DNA of 37,381 bases, from the NCBI GenBank assembly GCA_945907085.1, contig CAMDSS010000001.1:1-37381 (forward strand), in the 5' to 3' direction. Shown here in pieces: positions 1 through 9,700 of the stretch. Every line of letters starts with the position of its first letter. Positions within the stretch are counted from its first letter, which is position 1. The translations under genes and the position numbers were made by a program. The notes beneath the pieces were generated by a model, which saw only the letters and a list, made by a program, of their open reading frames with translations, made no database searches and was not told the DNA's origin. Source of the DNA: Cyanobium sp. NIES-981 (GTDB lineage: Bacteria > Cyanobacteriota > Cyanobacteriia > PCC-6307 > Cyanobiaceae).

Positions 1-219
1 CTCGGCCACGATGAAGCGGTGGTCTTCGTTGCAGATCAGTTGGGGCGGGGCCAGGCCTTCGAGCCCGTTGAGCCGTTGCTGGGTTTGCTGCAGCAGGGTC
101 TCCTCGCCAGTGCCGGCAAGGGCCCAGTACTGCTTGGGATAACTCGCCCGAGAGAGCGGCCACAGCCGGGTGCCGGTGCCACCGCAGAGGATCACGGGTA
201 CCAAGGATGGGCTGGTCAA
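1..219 (-). CDS. manC: Mannose-1-phosphate guanylyltransferase/isomerase, 5' part (runs off window)
   Basis: Manual translation from TTG at 219: LTSPSLVPVILCGGTGTRLWPLSRASYPKQYWAL...ICNEDHRFIVAE, which contains the GGxGTRLWPLSR-x-x-PKQ signature. Confidence 0.92.
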   Translation of the reverse strand, partial: MTSPSLVPVILCGGTGTRLWPLSRASYPKQYWALAGTGEETLLQQTQQRLNGLEGLAPPQLICNEDHRFIVAE

Positions 220-270
220 CGGGAGAACTGCGATTGCTCCATTTTGGAGGGTGGGATCGAGGGCAAGCGC

Positions 271-816
271 CTAAAGATCCAGCAATCCAGGCGGCGGCGT
301 GATGCCAATCCAGCCCTGCTCCATCTCCACCACTGGCACGATCGCTTCCACGAAGGGGATCAGCACCTGGCGGCCATCGAGATCGATCTCCAGGAGGTCG
401 TTGCCGGCATGGATCAGGTTACTCACCGTGCCGATGGCGGTTCCCTCCAGCCGCACCTCCAGCCCCAATAGATCCAGCAGATGGAATTCGCCCTTGGCCA
501 GCTTGGGGCGATCGCTGGCCTTCACCACCAGTTCCTCTCCCACCAGGGCCTCGGCGGCTTCGCGGGAATCGATCCCGGCGAAACGCACCACAAACAACTC
601 CTTGCCGGGCAGCTGGCGGCCGCTGAGTAATTCAATCGGCCGGGCGGGATCCTTGCGGCGCTGCAGCCAGCGCTCGCCGGGCTTGGTGAAGCGCTCTGGG
701 AAGTCGCTGAGGGGCAGGATGCGCAGCTCGCCCTTGAGGCCCTGGGCGCCCACTACCTTCCCCACCACCATCAATTCGTCGGGCTGTGTTGGATCGATGC
801 CCACGCTTTGTTCCAT
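271..816 (-). CDS. rimM: 16S rRNA processing protein RimM
   Basis: [14 protein letters not shown]-terminus, [26 protein letters not shown], and PPPGLLDL end. Confidence 0.96.
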   Translation of the reverse strand: MEQSVGIDPTQPDELMVVGKVVGAQGLKGELRILPLSDFPERFTKPGERWLQRRKDPARPIELLSGRQLPGKELFVVRFAGIDSREAAEALVGEELVVKASDRPKLAKGEFHLLDLLGLEVRLEGTAIGTVSNLIHAGNDLLEIDLDGRQVLIPFVEAIVPVVEMEQGWIGITPPPGLLDL

Positions 817-893
817 CCCTAAAGAGGACCTGATGCCCCTGATAATGGCGCCATGCCCAAAGGCAGCTTCCTAACGCTCTGATTGAGATCCCA

Positions 894-1073
894 GTGGCCG
901 ACCTTCCGATCCTTCCCGGTTCCACGGTGGTGGTGCGCGATAACCGCTCGATCTACAACGGCTACAAGGGCTTTGTGCAGCGCATCAGTGGCGTCCAGGC
1001 GGCGGTGCTGTTTGAAGGCGGCAACTGGGACAAGCTGGTCACCATGCCGTTGAAGACCCTTGAACAGGTCTGA
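894..1073 (+). CDS. ndhS: NDH-1 complex subunit NdhS (59 aa, below the ORF-track cut-off)
   Basis: Manual translation: MADLPILPGSTVVVRDNRSIYNGYKGFVQRISGVQAAVLFEGGNWDKLVTMPLKTLEQV; GFVQR and VLFEGGNWDKLVT are NdhS hallmarks. Confidence 0.95.
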   Translation: MADLPILPGSTVVVRDNRSIYNGYKGFVQRISGVQAAVLFEGGNWDKLVTMPLKTLEQV

Positions 1074-1077
1074 GGTT

Positions 1078-1824
1078 TCAAGCGCCCACGGTTGAGTTCC
1101 GACAGGCTTGAAGGGCCGAGTGGGCCGCATCCTGTTCCGCTGCCCGGCGCGACTGGCCCCAGCCTTGGTGGGCGGGATGGCCTGAGATGGTCACTTCGCA
1201 CCAGAAGCGCTGGGGGTCGGCATGGCCCTGGCTGCGTTCTTCGCAGCGGTAGCTGGGCAGGCCCAGGCCTTGGCCCTGGCTCCATTCCTGCAGGCCCGAC
1301 TTCCAGTTGTGGCGGTCGGGATCGGCCTCCAGCTCGGCGGCGCTGGTTTGCCAATGGGGGGCGAGCCACCGCAGCACGGGCTCCAGCCCGCCCTGGCTGC
1401 CTCCCCAGGCGCAGTAGATGGCGCCGATCAGGGCTTCGGTGCATTCGGCCCGCACGGTGGCCTGGCCCGCTTGATCGCCTTGGGCCATAGGGCCCAGGTG
1501 CAGAACGCTTTCGATGCCGCAGTGCTCCCCCAAATCGGCCAGCCAGCGGTCGCTCACCAGCTGGGCCCGAAGGGCTGAGCGGCGGCCCACGCTGAGGCTC
1601 TTGTGGTGCTGCTCCAGATACACGGAAGCGGCCAGCCGCAACACCGCATCTCCCAGAAATTCGAGCTGCTCGTGGTTGATCGCTAGACCCGCCGAGCTGT
1701 GGCTGAGGGCCTCTTCCACGGGCGCTAGTGACTCGGCGTCCACCCCAGGCCCCCCTGGGGCAGTGGGGTCCAGGCCCAGCTGGCCCAGGAAGGCAACCAG
1801 TTGCTCGAGGCGGCCTGGCTTCAT
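1078..1824 (-). CDS. rnc: Ribonuclease III
   Basis: EQLEFLGDAVL signature, EALIGAIY, and a C-terminal dsRBD (NWKSGLQEWSQ...GQSRRAAEQDAA). Start placed at ATG 1824 because the upstream part of the ORF lies in rnpB. Confidence 0.95.
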   Translation of the reverse strand: MKPGRLEQLVAFLGQLGLDPTAPGGPGVDAESLAPVEEALSHSSAGLAINHEQLEFLGDAVLRLAASVYLEQHHKSLSVGRRSALRAQLVSDRWLADLGEHCGIESVLHLGPMAQGDQAGQATVRAECTEALIGAIYCAWGGSQGGLEPVLRWLAPHWQTSAAELEADPDRHNWKSGLQEWSQGQGLGLPSYRCEERSQGHADPQRFWCEVTISGHPAHQGWGQSRRAAEQDAAHSALQACRNSTVGA

Positions 1825-1857
1825 GGCGGGATGGAGCTCAGCGGGAAAGAAAAGGGT

Positions 1858-2271
1858 GAAAGCAGGACATAAGCCGGGTTCTGTTCTCCGCAGCCGAGCG
1901 CCAAAGCACTGGGCGTTGGGGATGGTCATCTGTCTGGGACCGCCGTTACCGGCGGCCTCGAGCGGCGCACTGTGAGCGGGACTGGTGAGATGGCCAACCG
2001 TTGTCCCTGGGCCTTGCTCCCGGCCGGGGTTTACCGAGCCAGCACCTCTCGATGCTGCTGGTGCGCTCTTACCGCACCCTTGCACCCTTGCCTGTGCCAC
2101 GGGCAAGCCCGGGCCATCGGCGGTGTGTTTCTGTGGCACTCTCCTCACGGTCACCCGCACTGGGCGTTACCCAGCAAGCCTGGCCATTGGGGAGCCCGGA
2201 CTTTCCTCAACCAAGCCTGACCCTGGCCCGAAGACCTGGCCAGCTTGATTGCGACCACCTCGCCTGCTTTC
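1858..2271 (-). ncRNA. rnpB: RNase P RNA (bacterial type A)
   Basis: The minus strand carries the conserved GAGGAAAGTCCGGGC (5' P4) and ACAGAACCCGGCTTAT (3' P4); the termini GAAAGCAGG and CCTGCTTTC pair as P1. Confidence 0.97.
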
Positions 2272-2316
2272 GGGATCCATCATGCCCGCCTGGCCAACGG
2301 GGATAATGCCTGGCAT

Positions 2317-2390
<74 letters not shown>

Positions 2391-2481
2391 TTGATCTCCG
2401 TAGATCTGCCGCATGCGCGAGTCAGGTAGCCCTTGAAGCAAGCAGAGCTCCTCAGCCTCTGGGCATGTCTGGGGCTGATGG

Positions 2482-3119
2482 GTGCGAAATGGTTGGCCGA
2501 TTGCAGCATTGCTTGGTCTTGTGCTGCCGGCAAAGGTGAGCGCCCAGCCGCTGCCAAGACCCGGCCCCTATCTCTCAATTGGGGGTGGGGCATTGCAGAC
2601 CCAGACGTTCAGCAATGGCAGCGTTGATGCTTCGTTCAAACTGGGCTCATCCCTTGAGGTGGCAGCCGGCTACAACTTTGGTGATTTCATGGCTGATCTG
2701 AGCTTGTGTATGGCAGTGCCGCCGCCAAAAACGCGTCGAATCAGCTCTTTGGCACCACTCAGGACTTGGCCACAACGGGCTCAATTCAAACCAATAGTCT
2801 TTTCATTAATGGCTATTACTATGTGCCTACCAAGCACAAAGTGAGGCCCTATCTGGGGGGTGGAGTGGGTTATACGCGCCTGGGTTGCGGCGTTGGTGCC
2901 TCGGGATCTGGTTTTAGCTACGCGTATGGGAGTTCTGCGAACACCCTCGGCTATCAGGCCAAGGTTGGGGTGGCCTACCAATCCACAACGAAGCTGGAGC
3001 TGTTTGCAGAAGGCGTCTACCGCGGGCTCACGAGTCGGGTTTCCCCCTACGACTCGCTCGACAGTTTTGGTGTCCAGGCTGGGCTCCGCTACCACTTCCA
3101 GGGCGGCCCGCCTAAGTAG
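2482..3119 (+). pseudogene. Small outer-membrane beta-barrel protein (OmpA/OmpW-like), frameshifted
   Basis: Signal peptide plus GPYLSIGGG...AAGYNFG in one frame, continuing as NGYY..RPYLGGGVGY..YQAKVGVAY..AGLRYHF in another; one base is missing at 2704-2705. Confidence 0.8.
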
Positions 3120-3289
3120 GCCTGGCCAGGAGCTTTTTTATGCAGATGTCGTAAGTTTTGCGGATCTTGCATGGCCCGGCCATCCGATTCCGGGGGGCGA
3201 GCGGAGTAGTTGGAATAGCAGTATCCTGTAAGTGCATCTAGCAGGACGCCTGCTGGCTCTGCAGATTCAACTATTGGCTGATCTGGGCT

Positions 3290-4228
3290 ATGCGGGTGGT
3301 TGTCAGCGAGTCGGTCGTCGGTGATTTGGACGTCCTCGACACCCTCGAGCTCTTCCAGAGCACGATCTATGCGGCGGAGGCCCTAGGGATTTCCCAGAGC
3401 AGTTGTTCGCGGCGTTACCGCTCCTTCAGTGAGCAGTTTGATTTTGGTTTTGATCGGGTCGATGGGGTGTACCGACCCACCCGCAATTTCGACATTCTCG
3501 CGGCCCTCAGGCAGGCGGCCCAAAAGCGCAGGGTGCGCCAGGGCAGCTTTCGCTATGGCATCGGTTGGCAGATGGAGGGCTTAATCAATGACCAAGGGCA
3601 AGAGCTGGCCGGCGACAGGCTTTCGGTGTGCACCATGGATAGCTGGCGGGTGCTCAGCATGCTGGAGAACCGGCTGATCGATTACTGGATCGGCGGCCTT
3701 TTGGACTACGGCTCCATGCTGGAACAACCCCTGCAGCGCCAGCGCTTTGAGCGCGTAAAGGTGACAGGTGCCGTGATGGCCGTTCCCCTCTGCCGGTTTG
3801 ATCTCCACCTGGTGAGCCATCAAACCCATCCGCTGAAGGCGCAAAAAACAATCAACGCGGACCAATTGGCGCTCTATCCCTCTCCGGCTTTGGATGTGGG
3901 CATGGCTCCATCGCTGATGGGTCAATTGCAAGAGCGCAGCTTGGCCACGGCTCCTTCTGGCCTCAAAGACCACGACTGGACCCGCTGGCAAGCAGCTGCT
4001 GCCGATGGCATTGCCTTGAGCTACAGCCCGCCCCATGATCTGGCGCGCCTGAAGGCCGATGGCATTGAAACCCTGCCCTACGACTTAGGCATCACCGACG
4101 TGGGGGCGGTCCTCGGCCACCGCGACGCCATTGAAGATGGCTGCTTCCACACCCATCTCAAAGCGATGGTTGAGCTGTTTCGAAACAGTGCAGCAGCAGC
4201 CCATCCGGGCCTGCGCTGGCTGTGCTGA
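3290..4228 (+). CDS. LysR-family transcriptional regulator
   Basis: N-terminal HTH STIYAAEALGISQSSCSRR, ~310 aa, and substrate-domain-like LVSHQTHPL...LALYP. Confidence 0.75.
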   Translation: MRVVVSESVVGDLDVLDTLELFQSTIYAAEALGISQSSCSRRYRSFSEQFDFGFDRVDGVYRPTRNFDILAALRQAAQKRRVRQGSFRYGIGWQMEGLINDQGQELAGDRLSVCTMDSWRVLSMLENRLIDYWIGGLLDYGSMLEQPLQRQRFERVKVTGAVMAVPLCRFDLHLVSHQTHPLKAQKTINADQLALYPSPALDVGMAPSLMGQLQERSLATAPSGLKDHDWTRWQAAAADGIALSYSPPHDLARLKADGIETLPYDLGITDVGAVLGHRDAIEDGCFHTHLKAMVELFRNSAAAAHPGLRWLC

Positions 4229-5604
4229 GGCTTAAAACTTCAAGACCATCGGCAGCCCCATGGCGTGATGTTCAACGCCAAGTGGACTTAAGATTTCAAG
4301 ACTTTTCGCAGGCCTTCATTCCCCTTTGGCTGGGGCAACTCATCTCGAACCTGGGAACCCAGGTGAGCTTGTATGCGTTGGGTCTGTGCCTGTACCAGCG
4401 TCAAGAACAGCTGGCCACGTTTGCTTCGGTTGCGATTGCGGTTCAGTTGGCCAAGCTCCTGGTAGTGCCGCTGTTAAGCAGGCGATTGCAGTACTGGCCA
4501 AGGCGGCGGGTGCTCCTCTTGGCCCACAGCCTCGCAACAGTCACCACCGTTCTGTTGGCGCTTGCACTCCGGCAGGGATCTTTGCCGATGGCGATGGTGA
4601 TGGGTGCCATTGCTTTGGCTGCCGCCGCAGAAGCCACTGTGTTGCTGTGTTTTTCGAGCCTCATCCCCCGTTTGGTGTCTGGTGAGGAGCTGGGGCGAGC
4701 CAGCGGACTGTTTGCCAGCTGGGATGGGGCGGTGGTGATGGTGGCCCCATTTATGGGCGCGGCCCTGGCAGCCACGGGAGGACTGATGGGGGTTCTGGTG
4801 CTGGATGGGGCTTCATCATTGGTGGCCCTGACCTGTACGGCGCTTGCTGCTTGGCCTCATGCAGCCTTGCGACCAGAGCGGGGGCATCCCAGGAGGGGGG
4901 ATCAGGCTTTTGGACTGGGCGTTCGTGCTGCCATTCGGGCCCTAGGCCAGAGCCCGACTTGGCGGCCGCTTTTGCTCTTGAACGCCCTGGTGTCTGCAGT
5001 TTTGGCTGCTGTCGAGCTTGGTTTTCCGGCGTGGGTTGTGACTGCGATGGGGCCCTGGCACCTCACCTTGGCGATGGCCATCGGTGGGGGTGGGTACCTC
5101 TTGGGTACTCAGCTGTGGAGTCGCAATTGGGCGAGATTGGAGGCTCAGCAGTGGTCCACCGTTTTGCGGTGCTCTTTGCTGATTCAAGGCGTGGTGCTGA
5201 CCGGTTCTGGCCTAGTCATCTTTGAACGCCTACCGGGCCTTTGGTTCGCGGCGGTTGGGGTTTTCGCCCTTTTGGTGCCTGTTGTTCTCTCAGCGCTCCA
5301 GGCGCTTTGGCAGGTGGTGATTCCCGCTGCGGAGCAGCCCCGCCTCTTTACCGCTCGCTACAGCCTGGAGTGGTTAGCCCGTTTGGTCGCCATTGTCCTT
5401 TTTACGCTGTTTGTCGATCGGGTACTGCTCCCCGCTCTGGCCTGGTCTGGTTGGCCCCCAGGCTTGATCGCTGCGGTTGGTAGCGGGGGCGGCCGACCGG
5501 CCGCCATGGCGTTGGGGCTAGTCGGCTGGGGTCTGCTTTTGCCATTACTCGTTCTGTGGCGTCCCTTGGACAGGTTGGGTTTGAGCGCAGTTGTCGAAGC
5601 TTGA
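4222..5604 (+). CDS. MFS transporter (DHA3/macrolide-efflux-like)
   Basis: LWLGQLISNLG start, PRRRVLL loop, IPRLV..EELGRASG, WQVVIPAAEQPRLF, and many hydrophobic segments; start uncertain. Confidence 0.88.
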   Translation: MLRLKTSRPSAAPWRDVQRQVDLRFQDFSQAFIPLWLGQLISNLGTQVSLYALGLCLYQRQEQLATFASVAIAVQLAKLLVVPLLSRRLQYWPRRRVLLLAHSLATVTTVLLALALRQGSLPMAMVMGAIALAAAAEATVLLCFSSLIPRLVSGEELGRASGLFASWDGAVVMVAPFMGAALAATGGLMGVLVLDGASSLVALTCTALAAWPHAALRPERGHPRRGDQAFGLGVRAAIRALGQSPTWRPLLLLNALVSAVLAAVELGFPAWVVTAMGPWHLTLAMAIGGGGYLLGTQLWSRNWARLEAQQWSTVLRCSLLIQGVVLTGSGLVIFERLPGLWFAAVGVFALLVPVVLSALQALWQVVIPAAEQPRLFTARYSLEWLARLVAIVLFTLFVDRVLLPALAWSGWPPGLIAAVGSGGGRPAAMALGLVGWGLLLPLLVLWRPLDRLGLSAVVEA

Positions 5605-5608
5605 GCCA

Positions 5609-6724
5609 ATGCGCGTTCTGATTTACACCTCGAGTGGCGGTACGGCCCACGACGCCGCCGCCGAGGCCATTGCCCAGTGGATGGCGCAGCGGTCACCGGA
5701 GATCGAGGTGCGGGTGGAGCAGGTGCTGGAGCGCTCGAGCCCTACCTACTGCAGGGGTGTGGCCCTCTACAACTGGATTCAGCGCCACTACCCTTGGCTG
5801 CACCAGCTCTACTGGCGGGCGATGGAATGGGAAGACCTGGTGAAGCCGGGCACGGTGTTGTTTGGTCGCAAGTACCTTATTCAGCAGCTGCGTGAGTTCC
5901 GCCCGGATCTGCTGATTTCGACCCACCCCCACACCAATCGGGGCCATTTCGCCCTGGCCAAACGGGTGCTGGGCCCCCAGCTGCGCTGCATCACCTGTTG
6001 CACCGAGCTCGATGGGGGGTTTGGTTTTAGCCGCAACTGGCTCTGTCGCCGTACCGACCTGTTCTGGGCACTCACCGATGCGGTGAAGGCTGAGGTGGAG
6101 CGCCGACGGCCGGGACTAACTACGGAAGTCTTAGGACCGCTTCTTTATCCGGCCTATCACCAGGTGGCCTCTGAGTCGGCTCCAGGGGTGGCTTCGAGGC
6201 AGGAAGGTTTGCCGCTGCTGGTTTTGGCGACGGGTTCCAATGGTGCCAACAACCACCTCCCTTTGTTGGAGAGGCTGGTGCCTTTCGCTGGCCAGATCCA
6301 GGTGGCGGCCCTGTGTGGGCGCCGTTTCTCCGTGCAGCAACAAGTGGACGACTGGTCAGCGCGGCATCCAGGCCTGCAGGTAGCAGCCCTCAGCTACCAG
6401 GGGCCGGCAGAGATGGCCGATCTCTATCGGCGTGCTTGGGCCATGGTGAGTCGACCGGGTGCGCGTACGGCGACGGAGGCCTTGTTCATGGCTTGCCCGT
6501 TGATTTTTAACCACTACGGGACAACCATGCCCCAGGAATTGCTGGCTCCCCGTTATTTTTCTGCTCGCGGATTGGAGCATTCGATCCGTAGGCCTGCGCA
6601 GCTCGCTGTGCTTGTGGCGCAATGGCTGGAGAACCCCGACGACTATGCATTCCTGTGCAAGCGTTATCAGGATCACAGACTTTGTAGTGATCCCGAGCAG
6701 ATTCTGAAAACCCTTCTGTCGTGA
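5609..6724 (+). CDS. GT-B glycosyltransferase, GT28/MGDG-synthase (UgtP)-like
   Basis: MRVLIYTSSGGTAHDAAA, FRPDLLISTHP, ALCGR, SRPGART.TEAL, PQE. Confidence 0.85.
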   Translation: MRVLIYTSSGGTAHDAAAEAIAQWMAQRSPEIEVRVEQVLERSSPTYCRGVALYNWIQRHYPWLHQLYWRAMEWEDLVKPGTVLFGRKYLIQQLREFRPDLLISTHPHTNRGHFALAKRVLGPQLRCITCCTELDGGFGFSRNWLCRRTDLFWALTDAVKAEVERRRPGLTTEVLGPLLYPAYHQVASESAPGVASRQEGLPLLVLATGSNGANNHLPLLERLVPFAGQIQVAALCGRRFSVQQQVDDWSARHPGLQVAALSYQGPAEMADLYRRAWAMVSRPGARTATEALFMACPLIFNHYGTTMPQELLAPRYFSARGLEHSIRRPAQLAVLVAQWLENPDDYAFLCKRYQDHRLCSDPEQILKTLLS

Positions 6725-6758
6725 TCCAAAGTGGGACTCTTCATTGTGCTCGAATTGG

Positions 6759-9700
6759 ATGCCTGAACCGATTGCCATCGTTGGGATCGGTTGTCGGCTG
6801 CCTGGTGGGGTTAACTCCGCTGAAGCCTTCTGGGATGTATTGCGGGAAGGACGGGACCTGATCACCGAGATCCCGCCAGATCGCTGGGATCTCAACCTCC
6901 ACTACGACCCAGACCCCACCCGTCCGCTCACCCAGCACGTGAAGCGGGGCGGCTTTGTTGACGGCATCGATCAGTTTGATGCAGCTTTTTTTGGCATCAC
7001 CCCCCGGGAAGCGGTGTGCATGGATCCCCAGCAACGCCTGTTGCTGGAGGTGGCCTGGCAGGCCGTGGAAGATGCGGGCCAGCCGCTGGAGGCCTTGCAG
7101 CGTAAGGCGATTGGGGTGTTTATGGGCATTTCCAGTTCCGACTACAGCTCCTTGCTCTGGGCTTCCAGGGAGCGGTTTGTTACCCCAAACAATGAGCCCT
7201 TTGTGCTGCCTGGAAATACCGGCTGCATTGCGGCGAATCGGCTGTCCTATTTCTTTGATTTCAAGGGCCCCAGCTTCACGGTGGACACCGCTTGTTCCTC
7301 CTCTTTGGTGGCGGTGCATTTGGCATGCGAAAGCATCTGGCGGGGGGAGTCGGAGGCTGCCTTGGCGGGAGGGGTGCAGGCCCTGATCCACCCGGGGATC
7401 CAGATGAGTTTCTGTAAGGCAGGGCTCTTGGCACCCGATGGGCGGTGCAAAAGCTTTGATGCCAGCGCCGATGGCTACGTGCGTTCTGAAGGGGCTGGCG
7501 TGGTGGTGCTCAAGCCCCTGGCGGCGGCTGAGGCTGCTGGCGATTCCGTGTATGCCGTGATCCATGGCTCAGCCATCAATTCCGATGGTCGTAGTAATGG
7601 CATGGTCGCCCCCAATGCGCGGGCCCAGATGGCTTGTGTCCGCGCTGCCTTTGCCCGGGCCGAGATCGATCCTTCCGCTACCCAATACGTGGAGGCCCAT
7701 GGCACCGGCACCCGCCAGGGAGACCCCATCGAGCTCCGGGCCCTGGGCACCGTGTTTGGCGAGGGCAGGCCCGAGGGAGAAGTGTGCCGGGTGGGTTCGG
7801 TGAAGACCAATTTGGGCCATTCAGAAACGGCGGCCGGGATCACCGGCTTGATCAAGGCGGCCCTGTGTGTGGCCAAGCGGCAATTACCCCCGAGCCTCCA
7901 TTGCCGCCAGCCCAACCCATCGGTTGACTTTTCAGCACTCAAGTTGGAGGTGCAGACCAATCTCGAGCCCTTCCCCTATCCCGAGCGCCCGGCCGTGGTG
8001 GGGGTGAGTTCGTTTGGATTTGGCGGCACCAATGCCCATGTGGTGCTGGCGGATGCCCCCCGGCAGGCATCGCCCTTGCGCTTTGGTGCCCAGATGCCTT
8101 TGCAATTGATTGCCCTTTCAGCCCGCTCCACTCCAGCTTTGGCGGAGCTGGCGGCTGACCTTGTCAAGCAGATGCAGGCCAAGCCCAGCCTGAAGCTGGC
8201 TGACCTGGCAGCGTCGCTCAATCTGGGTCGAACCCCATTTCGGCAGCGGGCGGTGTGCCTTGCAGCAGACAAGGCCCAGCTGATGGGTCAATTGCAGGCC
8301 CTGGTTGCCGGGCGCCCATCCCGTCAAGACAGTCTCCAGGTGGGGCTGGCGTCTCGCCGGCCTGGAAAGCTGGCTTGGCTGTTCACAGGGCAGGGCTCCC
8401 AGGCCTTGGGCATGGGCCAGGCCTTGCTTGCCCATCCTGTTTTTAACGAGGCAATGACCAGGGTTGCCAGCCTGCTGGACCCCCATCTGAAGCGGCCCCT
8501 CCTGGCTTTGTTGGTGCCCCCTGCAGGGGAGGAGGCCGAAGCAGCCCGGCTCCTCAACCAAACTGGTTTCACCCAACCGGCTTTGTTTGCGGTGGGCTAC
8601 GGCCTGAGCCAGCTCTGGCAGAGCTGGGGGGTGGAACCCGACCTTCTGATGGGCCACAGCATCGGCGAGGTGCTCGCGGCCCACTTGGCCGGTGTGTTTT
8701 CCCTGGAGGATGCGGCCCGCTTGGTGGCCATCCGGGGTCGGTTGATGCAGGCCTTGCCCTCGGATGGGGGCATGGCGGCGCTTTTGGCTGGCCCTGAACG
8801 AGTGGAAGCGCTGCTGGCTCGCCATCGAGAGATCAGTGTGGCCGCCTACAACGGCCCGTCGAACACCGTGGTGGCTGGGCCAATTGCGGCCCTGCGGGCG
8901 TTGCTCGCCAATGCCGAGCAGCTCGGGCTGGATGGTCGCATTTTGCCGGTCTCCCATGCCTTTCATACGCAAGCGATGGCCCCGATGCTCGAGGCCTTTG
9001 AGCAGGAGTTGCGCCAGCTCAGCTTTATGCCCCCCAACAAGCCCCTGGTGAGCAACCTCACGGGCCGTCTGGCGGGCCCCGAAGTTGCCCAGCCCGATTA
9101 CTGGTGCGACCAGGTGTTGAGTCCTGTGTGCTTCGCAGAGGGAGTTGAGACCTTGGTGGCCCAAGGGGCCCAGGTGTTTTTGGAGATTGGGGCGCGGCCC
9201 ACCTTGATTGGCATGGCGCGCCAATGCCAGGTGAACCCATCGCTCGCCTATTGGCCTTCGCTGGTGCCGGGCAAATCCGATTGGCAGATGCTTGTCACCA
9301 GCCTTGGCGGCCTGTGGCGCAGTGGGTTTGCTGTCGATTGGGCCGCCTTCCATCGGCCCTTTCCCCATCGTCGGGTCAGCGTGCCTGGCTACCCCTTCCA
9401 ACGCCAGCGCTATTGGTGGAGCCGGCAGGGAGAGGAGGTGGCGCCCGCCAGCTTCTGGCTGGATCACCTGGGCATCACGGAGGTGAGAGCTCCAGCCGAA
9501 TCGCTTCGACCGGCTTCCCAGAACAAGACTGAGCGCCTTAGGAAGAGCGAGCGGCTCGAGCGGTTGGATCTGCCGGGCGAGCTGGCGATCTACCAGGTCG
9601 GTCTCACCTGTGAGGGGAGTGATCTTGGTGATCACCGCATTCGGGGCCAGGTGGTCTTTCCGGCGGCGGGTTTCATCACGGCCGCGCTGGATGGGCTGGA

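Noticed and set aside
19-471. 150-aa plus-strand ORF
   Set aside because: Antisense shadow of manC and rimM, with no recognisable motifs
1825-2160. 112-aa N-terminal extension of RNase III in the ORF track
   Set aside because: It is mostly a chance open frame through the RNase P RNA gene; the RNase III domain starts at ATG 1824
3104-3139. Possible terminator (GCCTA-AG-TAGGC or CCTGGCCAGG before T6)
   Set aside because: Stems are short with implausibly small loops and are not adjacent to the T run
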